64,000 nucleotides of DNA from Nitrospirota bacterium (GTDB lineage Bacteria > Nitrospirota > UBA9217), in the NCBI GenBank assembly GCA_963790205.1, contig CAWBNQ010000001.1, positions 160,001 to 224,000 of the forward strand. Direction: 5' to 3'. Numbering within the stretch: the stretch's first letter is position 1; the number at the start of each line of letters is the position of its first letter. The notes under the pieces are model-generated. The model ran no database searches and was not told where the DNA came from. It saw only the letters and a list, made by a program, of their open reading frames with translations. Shown here in pieces: positions 42,854 to 53,330 of the stretch. Made by a program: the position numbers and the translations under genes.

Positions 42854-43836
42854 ATCTTCTCAGCGGCCCTCAGCTTCGCGCTCCGTGCGGCCGGGTTTCG
42901 CTCCAGTTCTTCAGGCCCGGCAGTGATCGGCCGCGGCGTCAGCACCTTGAGCTCCGGCTTTTTGCCGCAGGAGCAAACCGGCATTTTCGGCGGACAGATA
43001 CAGCCTTTGGCAGACACTGCAAAGGTCTGCTTCACGATGCGGTCCTCGAGCGAGTGGAAAGAAATGACCGCGAGCCTGCCTCCGCGCTTGACGACCGGTA
43101 TGATGCGGTCAAGCCCTTCGCGGAGGGAACCCATTTCATCGTTCACCGCAATTCGCAGGGCCTGAAAGGTCAGCGTGGCAGGGTGGATGCGCCGGGGAGG
43201 GTAAGGAGGAAAAACGCTCGACACGATCCGCGCAAGTTGAGCCGTGCTCGTGATGGGCTCCCGGACCCTCGCCTTTTCTATGGCCCCTGCTATTGCCCAT
43301 GCCCTGCTTTCTTCCCCGTATTCGCGGATGATCCTCGCAAGCTCTTCGCGGGGAAGGGTGTTCACCAGGTCTGCCGCGCTCTGCGGCTTGCTTTGGTCCA
43401 TGCGCATGTCGAGCGGACCGTCGAGCATGAAGCTGAAGCCCCGCTCCGGGGACTTCAGGTGAAACCAGGACACGCCCAGGTCAAGCAGCACGCCGTCTAC
43501 CGATTCATATCCGAGCCCGGACAGAACATCGGGCAGGTCACGGTAGTTCGCCTGACGCGCCACCGCGCGACTGCCGAACGGCGCCAGAGCTGTCCTGCAT
43601 CGTTCAACGGCTTCGGCGTCCTGGTCCAGGCCGACCAGAATGCCGTCCGGCGCAGAACGTTTCAGGATTTCCGTTGCATGCCCGCCGGCGCCGAGCGTCC
43701 CGTCCACGTATACCCCGCCCGCCTTGGGGGCCAGAAGGTCGATGGACTCGCGGAGCAGAACGGGAACATGTTCCAATTGCGGACTGCGGAGTTCGGATTT
43801 CGGATTATTCCTTATCGGATGTTTTTTGTTTCTCAT
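42850..43836 (-). CDS. rsmH: 16S rRNA m4C1402 methyltransferase
   Basis: HVPVLL, DGTLGAGGH, LDMRMD, FQALRIAVN, FHSLEDR. Confidence 0.97.
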   Translation of the reverse strand: MRNKKHPIRNNPKSELRSPQLEHVPVLLRESIDLLAPKAGGVYVDGTLGAGGHATEILKRSAPDGILVGLDQDAEAVERCRTALAPFGSRAVARQANYRDLPDVLSGLGYESVDGVLLDLGVSWFHLKSPERGFSFMLDGPLDMRMDQSKPQSAADLVNTLPREELARIIREYGEESRAWAIAGAIEKARVREPITSTAQLARIVSSVFPPYPPRRIHPATLTFQALRIAVNDEMGSLREGLDRIIPVVKRGGRLAVISFHSLEDRIVKQTFAVSAKGCICPPKMPVCSCGKKPELKVLTPRPITAGPEELERNPAARSAKLRAAEKI

Positions 43837-43868
43837 TCTGCACTCCGCACTCTAAAATCCGCAATTCT

Positions 43869-44228
43869 TCAGAGTCCCAGCGGCAGGTTGGTCGCGGCCT
43901 TTGTTACGCCGAAGCTCTTGGCGGCCTGCTGCGCCGTGTCGAACACCTGGAACTCGTCAAGCACGCCGGTGGTGCGGAAAATATTCTTGATATAGTCCGA
44001 CAGGCCCGCGAGCCGGAGGTCGCCGCCGAAGGACTGGAGCCGCTTTTTCTCCTCCACGAGTGCCTGCAGCATCGTAAAATGGATGTGCTCCGCAGCCTCA
44101 AAGTTCAGGATCAGCCCGTACATCTCACCCTTGACCAGCTGACCGATCACGCGGCCGATCTCCGCCATCTTGGCCGCGTCGATCTCGCCTTCAAGGTTCA
44201 TCTGATATACTTTGAGTTTTGAGTCCAT
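43869..44228 (-). CDS. STAS domain (anti-sigma antagonist-like) protein inside the dcw operon
   Basis: LEGEID, LILNF, GGDLRLAGLS..IKNIFRTTG; starts 1 bp after the mraZ stop. Confidence 0.82.
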   Translation of the reverse strand: MDSKLKVYQMNLEGEIDAAKMAEIGRVIGQLVKGEMYGLILNFEAAEHIHFTMLQALVEEKKRLQSFGGDLRLAGLSDYIKNIFRTTGVLDEFQVFDTAQQAAKSFGVTKAATNLPLGL

Positions 44229-44229
44229 G

Positions 44230-44664
44230 TTATAGGCCCAGTGCGGCGAGCGCCTCGCCGATTTTGTTACCGTTTTGAGAATTTCTCGCCTCCCACGCCT
44301 TTGCGTCCCAGACTTCGATCTTATTCATGATCCCGACGAGCATCACGTTCTTATGAATGCTTGCGCGCTCGCGGTGCATGGTCGGGATCAGAATGCGACC
44401 CTGCTTGTCGAGTTCGCACTCGGTGGCGGAGGAGAAGAAGAAACGCATGAAGTCCTTCACCTCCTGCTTCATCATGGGGAGGGTCTTGATCTTTTCTTCG
44501 AGCTTTTCCCATTCCTCAAGCGGATAGATCGTGAGGCATTGGTCAAAGTCCATGGTCATCACCAGCCTGCCGTCGTAGCGGTCGGCGATGATGTCCCGGA
44601 ACTTGGACGGAACGCTCACCCTGCCCTTGGAATCCACGGTATGTTCAAAGCTGCCTCGAAACAT
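44230..44664 (-). CDS. mraZ: MraZ transcriptional repressor
   Basis: DSKGRVSVP and DKQGRILIP repeats. Confidence 0.96.
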   Translation of the reverse strand: MFRGSFEHTVDSKGRVSVPSKFRDIIADRYDGRLVMTMDFDQCLTIYPLEEWEKLEEKIKTLPMMKQEVKDFMRFFFSSATECELDKQGRILIPTMHRERASIHKNVMLVGIMNKIEVWDAKAWEARNSQNGNKIGEALAALGL

Positions 44665-44673
44665 CGCCCTCTC

Positions 44674-44748
44674 TCCAGACATACCCACTGCTTCCCACTT
44701 TACACCACCTGCTGGGCAAAGTATATCTTTCATGCCTATTGATGTCAA
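44674..44748 (-). promoter_or_regulatory. dcw promoter TTGACA-N17-TATACT plus MraZ boxes
   Basis: -35 at 44743-44748, -10 at 44720-44725; GTGG/GTGG/GTGG/CTGG at 10-bp period (44708, 44698, 44688, 44678). Confidence 0.8.
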
Positions 44749-44855
44749 GAAAATTATTAATTTTTTGAGATGTTACGCAGTGGGGCGAGGTGTCGGCTTG
44801 AAGCAACTTTTGTGATGACAATGAAGGGTAAAATAAGTATTATAAGCACACCATT

Positions 44856-45147
44856 ATGAATGATTTTTTCATAACCGCCGAAGAGGAACACATTAAACGG
44901 GAGAAGGCTAAAGCCCGCGAACTGCGCGCTTCCCAGTGGTGGAAGAGAAAACGCTCCTCGGGCCTGTGTTATTACTGCGGACAGAAGTTCAAGCCGGTAG
45001 AGCTGACCATGGACCATCTGGTCCCGATCACGCGCGGCGGGAAATCCGTCGCAGGGAAACCTCGTGCCTGCCTGCAAGGAGTGCAACAACAAAAAAAAAT
45101 ATCTCCTCCCTACCGAATGGGAGGAGTATCTGGAGTCTCTCAAATAG
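44856..45147 (+). CDS. Small HNH endonuclease; +1 frameshift ~45051
   Basis: CYYCG...TMDHLVP..RGG, then NLVPACKECNNKK in the shifted frame. Confidence 0.85.
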
Positions 45148-45221
45148 GGGGGGGAAAAGGCCTCACCGTACGTTTTGTTGCTTCACCCGGTCTCCCCTTG
45201 TCTTATTTACAACAGGTTTCC

Positions 45222-45746
45222 TCACGCCGCCCGCACCCAGTCCACACGGGCAAGCTTGTTGTCATGGGACCACTCGTACGTCACTTCTCCGTGGAAGGCC
45301 TTTTTGATCGCCCTGCCGAGTCGCTGCGCCAGCTTCTCGTTCGTCGTGGAGATGACGATGCTGCCGTAGCCGTTCTCTTTTACCGACATCACCCGCTCGA
45401 GGGGATTGAAGCCGCGCGCCCGCGCTTCCTCGTTCTTGATAAGGTTCATCAGCTCCTGCTTGTGCGGAAGCACATAGTCACCCTTCAGCGTCACAATGCC
45501 GCCGGGGAAATTATCGCGTATCTTGAGGCACGCCGGGCAGACAACTACCACGTTTTCAGGGTTCTTCAACGCAGCCTCGTAGACAGAGCCATTCGCATAC
45601 CACCGCTTGTTCTTGTATACTGAACGACACCCCTCGCACACCGAGATCTTGCGGCTCGCGCCTTTCGGGAGATAGGGATCCGGGGTAGATGTTTTCTTTT
45701 TATACGTCTGCTTGTATGATCTCTCTAATTTGCCGACCATCTTCAT
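45222..45746 (-). CDS. BCAM0308-like conserved protein with two CxxC
   Basis: DPY..CEGC..RW..CPAC..IRDNFPGG, NPLERVM, LAQRLGRA. Confidence 0.75.
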   Translation of the reverse strand: MKMVGKLERSYKQTYKKKTSTPDPYLPKGASRKISVCEGCRSVYKNKRWYANGSVYEAALKNPENVVVVCPACLKIRDNFPGGIVTLKGDYVLPHKQELMNLIKNEEARARGFNPLERVMSVKENGYGSIVISTTNEKLAQRLGRAIKKAFHGEVTYEWSHDNKLARVDWVRAA

Positions 45747-45791
45747 AGCGTCCGCCTCCTTAGTTTCAACAGAGCACTTGCCGGATCTTCG

Positions 45792-46010
45792 TTATTTCAC
45801 TTTTCGATGGATCTCGGGGAACTGCTTCTTGAACTCGGGGATGGTTCTTGTGAGGAACATTTTGAGCGCTTTCAGTTCCGTCTGGATGTCCCGGATCTCT
45901 TCGGCGTATTCGGCCTCCTGCCTCTTCAGCGTATCGGAGAGGTTCGAAAGGGCCTTCTCCTGGATCTTGAGTCGTTCCGCAGTCCCGTTTGTGCTCTTCT
46001 TGTTGTTCAT
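45792..46010 (-). CDS. Small coiled-coil hypothetical protein
   Basis: GAGGTG SD, operonic spacing with neighbours. Confidence 0.65.
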   Translation of the reverse strand: MNNKKSTNGTAERLKIQEKALSNLSDTLKRQEAEYAEEIRDIQTELKALKMFLTRTIPEFKKQFPEIHRKVK

Positions 46011-46027
46011 GGGCCACCTCGCTCTCG

Positions 46028-46339
46028 CTATTTTTTCAGCTTCATCCCAAGCTTCTTTTCCACTGACTCAAGCTTCTTCTCCAGCCGTTCTTCTTTGCCC
46101 TTACGGTCATCGATCGTGATAGAGGTGAGCACCCGTTCAGCATCCTTCATGACCTCTGCATGGCATTTCTTTACCACTTCCATCACGGCGTCCCACTCGC
46201 CCTCAAGCACGGTGCCCATGGGGTTGGCCTTATAGGGAAGACCGCTCTCTGCGACGATTTTGAGGACCCTGGCAATCTGCGGGCTGACGCTCACTCCGGC
46301 GCCGATCGGAACCACGCTGAACTCAACGAGCATGCTCAT
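46028..46339 (-). CDS. MTH1187 / thiamine-binding family protein
   Basis: EFSVVPIG, PMGTVLEG, IDDRK. Confidence 0.9.
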   Translation of the reverse strand: MSMLVEFSVVPIGAGVSVSPQIARVLKIVAESGLPYKANPMGTVLEGEWDAVMEVVKKCHAEVMKDAERVLTSITIDDRKGKEERLEKKLESVEKKLGMKLKK

Positions 46340-46577
46340 AGCGTTACCTCCTCCTCTCCTGAGATGGGATACCAGAAATCCTCCCGCATGCCCTGCACTT
46401 CTGCAACTTCTAATTCAAGTATAGCCGCTGTTCTCCGGCCTGTAAAGGATGCCGGACAAACGCTTTACCGTTGAAAATCATGATAATGTGTGCAATAATT
46501 TACTCAAGAACCAGTCACCACCGCGAGCGTCGAACAATAGCGATGTAATCAGTAAACGCGAAGGGCCGGCAAACACG

Positions 46578-47382
46578 ATGAATATGTTGCTCAAAATAGC
46601 GGGGACTATTCTTTTTCTCATCGCCTATCTTTTAACGTCATGCTTTATTAGTATACTCCCAGTGTCCGGCAAGTCGCGGCGCGCGATGCGGATACGAAAT
46701 GCCTCTTTTTTTTCAAGACTTGCCCTGGCGCTGTTCGGCATCCGGGTCCAGGTAGACCACGGCGAACGACTGCACTCGAACAGCGGCGGGCGTCTCATTG
46801 TTTCGAACCATCTCTCGTATGTTGACGTGCTGATCATCTCGTCGCTCATGCCGTCGATCTTCATAACATCGGTGGAGTTGAAGCGCACCTTTTTGCTCGG
46901 CGCGCTCGCGCGGTTAAGCGGCTGTCTTTTTGTAGAACGGAGAAAATTTTCCGGACTGAAACAGGAGATTGGTGACATTACGCGCGCGCTTGGTCAGGGT
47001 TTTTCCGTGGTCCTCTTTCCCGAAGGCACCACCTCGAATGGGGACTGCGTGCGGACAATTTAAAAACTCTCTCTTCGATGCTGCCGTGTCAGCGGGGTCC
47101 GACATTCTTCCTTTTTGTCTGCGGTATACTAAAATAAACGGCGAGTCCGTGACCGCCGGAAACCGGGACGCCGTCTTCTATTACGGCGGCATGACATTCT
47201 TCAGTCATCTTCCGAGATTCGTGTCGCAGAAGTCCGTCGACGTTGAGGTCATACCGCTCAAAACCATTGCGGCGACCACCGGTGTTTCTCGCAAAGAGCT
47301 TGCCGCTCAGGCGCACGACGCCATCTGCGCGGCGTATCGCACCCGGCAGGACCCGGGAAACGTCATGCTTGCCAGGATATAA
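46578..47382 (+). CDS. plsC: 1-acyl-sn-glycerol-3-phosphate acyltransferase family; +1 frameshift ~47056
   Basis: SNHLSYVD (HX4D) and FPEGT, then FKNSLFDAA in the shifted frame. Confidence 0.8.
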
Positions 47383-47392
47383 AAGGAGGATA

Positions 47393-47791
47393 ATGATGAA
47401 AAACGTGTCGTTGACGATTGCCGTTCTGTTGTTGCTCGCTGCCGCACCCTGGAGAGCGTACGCAGCCGGAGAGGCGAAGGGCACTGCATCGCCGGAGGCC
47501 GCACAGCAGAAGGAGCAGTACGAGAAGGGTCTGGAAGAGCGCCTCAAAAAGCTCGGCAGGGATCTGGACGAGCTTACTGCCAAGGCCGCGGCCATGACCG
47601 AACAGGCGAAGACAGACATAAATCGCGGTATCGCGGAGGCAAGGACGAAGCAGAAGGCCGCTTCCGCAAAGCTGGAAGAGATGCGGAAGAAATCAGTAAA
47701 AAAGTGGAAAAAATTCGCATCCGAGACCGATGCGGCCGCGGATGAGTTTGAAAAGGCATACGAACGGGCAAAAGCTCATTTCAAAGAATAG
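47393..47791 (+). CDS. Secreted helical hypothetical protein
   Basis: AGGAGG SD, signal peptide, Lys/Glu/Ala-rich coiled coil. Confidence 0.75.
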   Translation: MMKNVSLTIAVLLLLAAAPWRAYAAGEAKGTASPEAAQQKEQYEKGLEERLKKLGRDLDELTAKAAAMTEQAKTDINRGIAEARTKQKAASAKLEEMRKKSVKKWKKFASETDAAADEFEKAYERAKAHFKE

Positions 47792-47854
47792 CCGTACTGC
47801 AAAATTTGCGGACCTGCTCCCGGATAACAAATTGCTGCGTCCAGATGTCCCTCT

Positions 47855-47888
47855 CACTCCCCCTCTTCCCGCCGGGGAGAGGGGGTGA
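47855..47888. repeat. REP-like GC-rich hairpin
   Basis: TCACTCCCCCTCTTCCC-GCC-GGGGAGAGGGGGTGA. Confidence 0.55.
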
Positions 47889-48002
47889 TCGTATTGGCCA
47901 ACGCTCAATGGGCCCGGCTTTGGTTTTCTTGCAGTAAAACCCTTGACATTTCAGCCCTTAGTTGTTATTTTACATGGCCCGCTGAAAACGGGCGTACAGG
48001 CC

Positions 48003-49608
48003 ATGGATTACGCAGACGAAATAAGCAAACGGCGCACCTTCGCCATCATCAGCCATCCCGATGCGGGCAAGACCACCCTCACCGAGAAATTTCTTCTTTT
48101 CGGCGGGGCGATCCAGGTGGCCGGCGCGGTGAAGTCGAACAAGATCAGGAAGAGCACGTCCTCGGACTTCATGGACATCGAGCGCCAGCGCGGCATTTCC
48201 GTTGCCACGTCGGTCATGGGCTTCGACTACAACGGGCTCAAGATCAACCTGCTCGACACGCCGGGCCATAAGGATTTTGCCGAGGACACCTACCGCACGC
48301 TGACGGCTGTGGACAGCGTCATCCTCGTCATTGACTGCGTCAAAGGCGTCGAGGAACAGACCCTGCGGCTCATGGAAGTCTGCCGCATGCGCAAAACGCC
48401 GGTCATTATCTTCGTGAACAAGCTCGACCGGGAGGGCAAAAATCCTTTTGAGCTTCTTGACGAACTTGAAGTGAAGCTCTCCATCAAGGTACAGCCGCTC
48501 TCGTGGCCCATCTGCATGGGCACCTCCTTCAAGGGCGTTTACAATCTTTACAACAACAGCCTCTACCTCTTCCGCCCCGGCGGCGTCACGATCGCGAGCG
48601 ATGTGCTCGAGATACAGGGCATCGGCGATCCGGTCCTGGACCAGCAGCTCGGCGACTATGCGGTAAAGCTCAGGGAAGATGTGGAACTGATCGAGGGCAC
48701 GCACAACTCCTTTGACGTCAACGCCTATCTCACCGGCGACCTCGCGCCGGTCTTCTTCGGGAGCGCCATCAACAACTTCGGCGTCAAAGAACTGCTCGAC
48801 ACCTTCACCGAGATCGCCCCCACGCCCGGAAGCCGCCCCACGGACCAGCGCATCATTAACGCTCGTGAGAAGGATTTTACCGGCTTCGTTTTCAAGATCC
48901 ACGCAAACCTGGACCCGCGCCACCGCGACCGCATCGCCTTCATCCGCGTCTGCTCCGGCAAATTCGAACGGAACAAGATGTTCCTTCACGTGCGCATGAA
49001 CAAGAACATCCGCTTTACCAGCCCGGCAAGCTTCCTGGGCGCGCGCAAGAGCATCGTGGACGAGGCCTTTCCCGGAGACGTGATCGGCTTGTACGATACG
49101 GGGAATTTCAAGATCGGCGACACGCTCACCGAGGGCGAGAAGCTCATGTTCCAGGGCATCCCGACCTTCTCACCGGAAGTGTTCAAGGAGCTCGTGAACC
49201 TCGATCCCGTCGAAGTCCAAGCAGCTTGCGAAAGGCATCGAGCAGCTCACCGACGAAGGCGTGGCCCAGCTCTTCACCCAGCAGCAGGGGAACCGCAGGA
49301 TCGTCGGCACCGTGGGCCAGCTCCAGTTCGACGTGCTCCAGTACCGGCTGGAGCACGAATACGGCGCAAAATGCAGGTTCGAGCCGATGAAAATTTTCAA
49401 GGCATGCTGGATCACCGCGGATGATAAAATCGAAATGGAAAAATTCTGCAGGTTCAAGTCGGACCGCATTGCCACGGACAAGGACGGCAATATCGTCTTT
49501 CTCGCCGAATCGGATTGGGTGCTCCGGAACATGATCGAAGCCAGCCCCGAGATCAAGTTCCACTTCACCTCGGAGTTCAAGCGGGAAATGCAGGACGTGA
49601 AAAGGTAG
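48003..49608 (+). CDS. prfC: Peptide chain release factor 3; +1 frameshift ~49210
   Basis: [31 protein letters not shown]; promoter TTGACA-N17-TATTTT at 47943-47971. Confidence 0.95.
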
Positions 49609-49667
49609 TTTGCCGTACCAACCTTACACCCCATACCTCACAAGCCATTCTTTCCCAAAGCCTCCAT

Positions 49668-50159
49668 CTATCTACTCTCGGTCTTCGTTTCCTTTTTCCT
49701 GATATAAACCGTCTTTTCAATGGAAGCATGCACAACGCCTTCCGCATCGACAAGCTCGACAGGATAGATACGTTCGACTGAGGGAGCGGAGCTGAGGGCG
49801 TCTTTGACGGCGCTTATCTCTTCTTCCGTCAGGATAAACTTCGCAAAGAGCGTGCTTATGCCCGGCTTTTTGAAACGGAGGGAAGCCGCCTTGTCCCAAA
49901 TGACATATTCAGGGCCGAGGACCTTGATGAGCATCAGCATGTAGATGGGGTCCACCGCGCCGTACATGCTGCCGCCGTAGATCGTGCCCACGTAGTTCCT
50001 CGTCCTCCAGTTTAACGGCAGCTTGATCCGCACTTCGCGCCAATCACCGGCAATATAGGCGATCCGGGCGCCGGTGCCGCGGTAGGCCGGGAAAAAGTTG
50101 AAGCCCCAACGGCTGATTTTTGTTCTGAGCGATTCGGGCATATAGTTATACAGCCGCAT
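49668..50159 (-). CDS. DUF4442 / YiiD-C hotdog-fold protein
   Basis: RNYVGTIYGGSMY, IWDKAASLRFKKPG. Confidence 0.85.
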   Translation of the reverse strand: MRLYNYMPESLRTKISRWGFNFFPAYRGTGARIAYIAGDWREVRIKLPLNWRTRNYVGTIYGGSMYGAVDPIYMLMLIKVLGPEYVIWDKAASLRFKKPGISTLFAKFILTEEEISAVKDALSSAPSVERIYPVELVDAEGVVHASIEKTVYIRKKETKTESR

Positions 50160-50376
50160 TTACGCGTGCCGAAACCTGCTGCCGCAAAAAAAACGTTCTG
50201 GGCAACCTGCGGTATCTATTCTAAAGAAATTACCTGGGAAACCGACGGCCGTATCTTGACTGCGCATAATGCACTTGAGCGGTTGAAAAGCGATACCCGA
50301 ACAGAGCGCGGTTACTGCCTTCCTGTCCCTCCTGCTTTCCCCCGATTTATCGTCCACGCTTTCCATGAACGACCAT

Positions 50377-50426
50377 AAAAAAAACAGCCCGTGGTTGTTC
50401 ACGGTTCTCGCCCACGGGCCGTTTTT
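50377..50426 (-). terminator. Intrinsic terminator after trpB2
   Basis: ACGGCCCGTGG...CCACGGGCTGT followed by a long T-run on the minus strand. Confidence 0.7.
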
Positions 50427-50438
50427 CTCTATGAGAAA

Positions 50439-51791
50439 CTATATCTTCGGCAGCTTTTCGAGCGACCTTTTGATGTCCTCTTCGGGATGCTCGTGGTCCA
50501 TCAGCCTGCCCTCGCGGTAGTCTGCGTAGGCCTGGAGGTCGAGATACCCGTGGCCGCTCAGGTTGAAGAGGATCGTTTTTTGCTTGCCCTCTTCCCTGGC
50601 AATGATCGCTTCGTCGATGGCGGCCCGGATCGCATGCGCGCTCTCGGGCGCCGGGATAATGGCCTCCGTGTTCGCGAACTGCACGGCGGCCTCGAATACC
50701 GCCGTCTGATGATATGCCCTGGCCTCGATAAGCTTGTCGTGGTAGAGCTGTGAGATGAGCGGCGAGTCGCCGTGGTAGCGGAGCCCGCCGGCGTGGATGC
50801 CCGACGGCATGAAGTCGTGGCCGAGGGTATACATGGTCATGAGCGGCGTAAGGCCCGCCTCGTCGCCGAAGTCGTAGCGGAACGCGCCCTTGGTGAGCGT
50901 GGGGCAGGACGTGGGTTCGACGGCGATGACCCGGAGCTTTTTGCCGTTGATCTTGTCATGGAGGAAGGGGAAGCTGACACCCGAGAGGTTGCTCCCGCCG
51001 CCGCAGCATCCGATCACGATATCGGGATAGTCTCCCGCGAGCTCCATCTGTTTCTTGGCCTCCAGGCCGATCACGGTCTGGTGCAGGCAAACGTGGTTCA
51101 GCACCGACCCGAGGGCATAGTTCGTGTCGTTATGCGTCGCGGCGTCCTCGACGGCCTCGGAGATGGCGATGCCGAGACTGCCCGGGCTGTTCGGGTCCGC
51201 CTCAAGGACCTTTCTGCCCGAGTTCGTCACCTTCGACGGGCTGGCGTGGACCGTGGCGCCCCAGGTCTCCATCATGATGCGGCGATAGGGCTTTTGGCCG
51301 AAGCTCACCTTCACCATGTAGACCGTTACGTCGAGTCCGAAGAGCTTGCCCGCAAGCGCCATGGACGAGCCCCATTGTCCGGCGCCCGTTTCCGTGGCGA
51401 TGCGTTTGATCCCCGCTTGCTTGTTATAGAAGGCCTGCGGTATGGAGGTGTTCGGCTTGTGACTGCCGGCCGGGCTCACGCCTTCGTACTTGTAATAGAT
51501 CTTCGCCGGCGTGCCGAGGGCCTTCTCGAGCCGGTGGGCCCGGAACAGCGGCGCTGGCCTCCAAAGCGTATAGATGTCGAGCACTTCTTCAGGGATATCG
51601 ATCCAGCGCTCCCTGCTCACCTCCTGCTCGATGAGCGCCATGGGGAAGATGGGCGTAAGGTCCTGGGGGCCGATGGGCTGCTTCGTTCCCGGATGGAGCG
51701 GCGGCTTGGGCAGGTTCGGCATGTCCGCCATGATGTTGTACCATTTGGTAGGAATTTCCTTGTCAGAGAGAACGATCTTGGTCTGTTTCAT
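50439..51791 (-). CDS. trpB: TrpB2-type tryptophan synthase beta chain
   Basis: [39 protein letters not shown]; no trpA nearby. Confidence 0.93.
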   Translation of the reverse strand: MKQTKIVLSDKEIPTKWYNIMADMPNLPKPPLHPGTKQPIGPQDLTPIFPMALIEQEVSRERWIDIPEEVLDIYTLWRPAPLFRAHRLEKALGTPAKIYYKYEGVSPAGSHKPNTSIPQAFYNKQAGIKRIATETGAGQWGSSMALAGKLFGLDVTVYMVKVSFGQKPYRRIMMETWGATVHASPSKVTNSGRKVLEADPNSPGSLGIAISEAVEDAATHNDTNYALGSVLNHVCLHQTVIGLEAKKQMELAGDYPDIVIGCCGGGSNLSGVSFPFLHDKINGKKLRVIAVEPTSCPTLTKGAFRYDFGDEAGLTPLMTMYTLGHDFMPSGIHAGGLRYHGDSPLISQLYHDKLIEARAYHQTAVFEAAVQFANTEAIIPAPESAHAIRAAIDEAIIAREEGKQKTILFNLSGHGYLDLQAYADYREGRLMDHEHPEEDIKRSLEKLPKI

Positions 51792-52029
51792 TACTTCCTC
51801 CTTCACAAAGTAAGGTCGTGCCGCCGGAGCAACAAAGTGCGGCTATTTTAAACTATCTCTGAGACATACACAATGATATTTTTCGCGGTGAATAAGCGAG
51901 CGTGGGGAGCTGAACCGGGGGGAGGAGGGCTCGATCGTCCATTGCAATACCGTATGAACTCTGGAGCGAGCGCATCTCCGCGGATGCCTGTACGAACCTT
52001 CATGTGCCGCAGGGAGCTTCGATCAGCGC

Positions 52030-52305
52030 TTACAGGCCGATAGAGAACATGCTCTCCAGATCGTGGCGGGAATGCACGCGGAAGGCGACGAGCGTCTCCG
52101 AGGTTATGATCCCGTCCACCTTGAGCATGTGACTGGTCACCAGTTCCGCCAACTGCTCATTGTCCCTGGCCCTGATGATCACGGCCAGATCGTATCTTCC
52201 CGCGACCGAATAGACCTCGGTTATGCCTTCCATTTCTGCAAGCGCCCCGGCAATGGTGTTTACTTTGTCCCTCGAAACAGTCAGCAGTACCACGGCAGTC
52301 ACCAT
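52030..52305 (-). CDS. Stand-alone Lrp/AsnC ligand-binding (RAM) domain
   Basis: EVYSVAGRYDL, no HTH. Confidence 0.88.
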   Translation of the reverse strand: MVTAVVLLTVSRDKVNTIAGALAEMEGITEVYSVAGRYDLAVIIRARDNEQLAELVTSHMLKVDGIITSETLVAFRVHSRHDLESMFSIGL

Positions 52306-52348
52306 TTTTCTCCTCCACGAAACAGCCTATGAAACAGTATACCAGATT

Positions 52349-53275
52349 TTACCCGGCCGCAGTCCTCCCGATACAGCGCGGATCGGGGGCCGAAAGGCCG
52401 CCGGACAGATGAAAGGCATGGGCCGGACAGCCGCCGTGGCATTGCGTATGATGCTCGCAGGAACGCTGCGGACAGTTATTTTCCGTATAGGTGCGGAAAA
52501 ACGCGAGCACGCGACGGTTCCATATGGTTTCGAAGGGATCGGTGAGGATGTTTCCGAGCAGAAATCCGGCCCTTCCGAAGAAGAGGTTGCAGGGATAGAC
52601 CGAACCGTCGGGCATGACCCCGAGCTTCGTCGTGCCTGCGGGGCACCGGACCTGGGAAAGCTCGGGATAATTCTTCGTATCGGGAATGAAGCCCGAACAG
52701 TACACCATGCCGATCCGCGGGGAATGCGGGTACCGTGCCACGGCCTTACGGTAGTGAGGAAAGGACAGGGAATCAGCCAGTTCCGCTCGTTCCATGGCGT
52801 CCCGGTAGATCAGATAAAATTTCCCCGGATTGAGCGCAAGGATGTCCCGCATGAGCGTGTTGTCCATGCGTCGGGTATAAACGGTTTTTACAACAGGCTG
52901 ATACTGCTGTATGAATCCTCCGAGTTGCTTAAGCGTTCCCCGGTCATTGATGGATATCCCCAGGGTAACGTCCCGGCCCATCCCGCAGAGCTCCTTAAGG
53001 ACCGCGGTGTCCGTTCCGTTCGAGCTCACATTCACGCCAAAACCCTGCCGGCCCGCCTCCCGAACGATCCGGATGAGCTCCGGGTGCATCGTGGGCTCGC
53101 CGCCGATGATATCGATGGTCTTGACAACAAGCCCTTTCAGCCGCTCGAGCATCGCGCGAAAAGTTTCATAGGTCATGTCCTGCATGTCCGGCAGAGACCG
53201 GTTAAAACAGAAATCGCACGACCGGTTGCACCGCAGCGTGGGATAGAACTGTATGTAGTCGGGAGCGGTTCTCAC
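52349..53275 (-). CDS. Radical SAM / SPASM protein
   Basis: CNRSCDFC, GGEP, CPAG..DGSVYPC, C..CHGGC. Confidence 0.9.
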   Translation of the reverse strand: MRTAPDYIQFYPTLRCNRSCDFCFNRSLPDMQDMTYETFRAMLERLKGLVVKTIDIIGGEPTMHPELIRIVREAGRQGFGVNVSSNGTDTAVLKELCGMGRDVTLGISINDRGTLKQLGGFIQQYQPVVKTVYTRRMDNTLMRDILALNPGKFYLIYRDAMERAELADSLSFPHYRKAVARYPHSPRIGMVYCSGFIPDTKNYPELSQVRCPAGTTKLGVMPDGSVYPCNLFFGRAGFLLGNILTDPFETIWNRRVLAFFRTYTENNCPQRSCEHHTQCHGGCPAHAFHLSGGLSAPDPRCIGRTAAG

Positions 53276-53330
53276 TCCTTACTCCTTACTCCGCACTTCA
53301 CATCTCACACTTCACACTTCGCATCCGTGG

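Noticed and set aside
49195..49225. Programmed frameshift in the release factor gene
   Set aside because: Programmed +1 shifting is a prfB feature (CTTTGA with internal SD); no such site here, and it matches the other +1 errors
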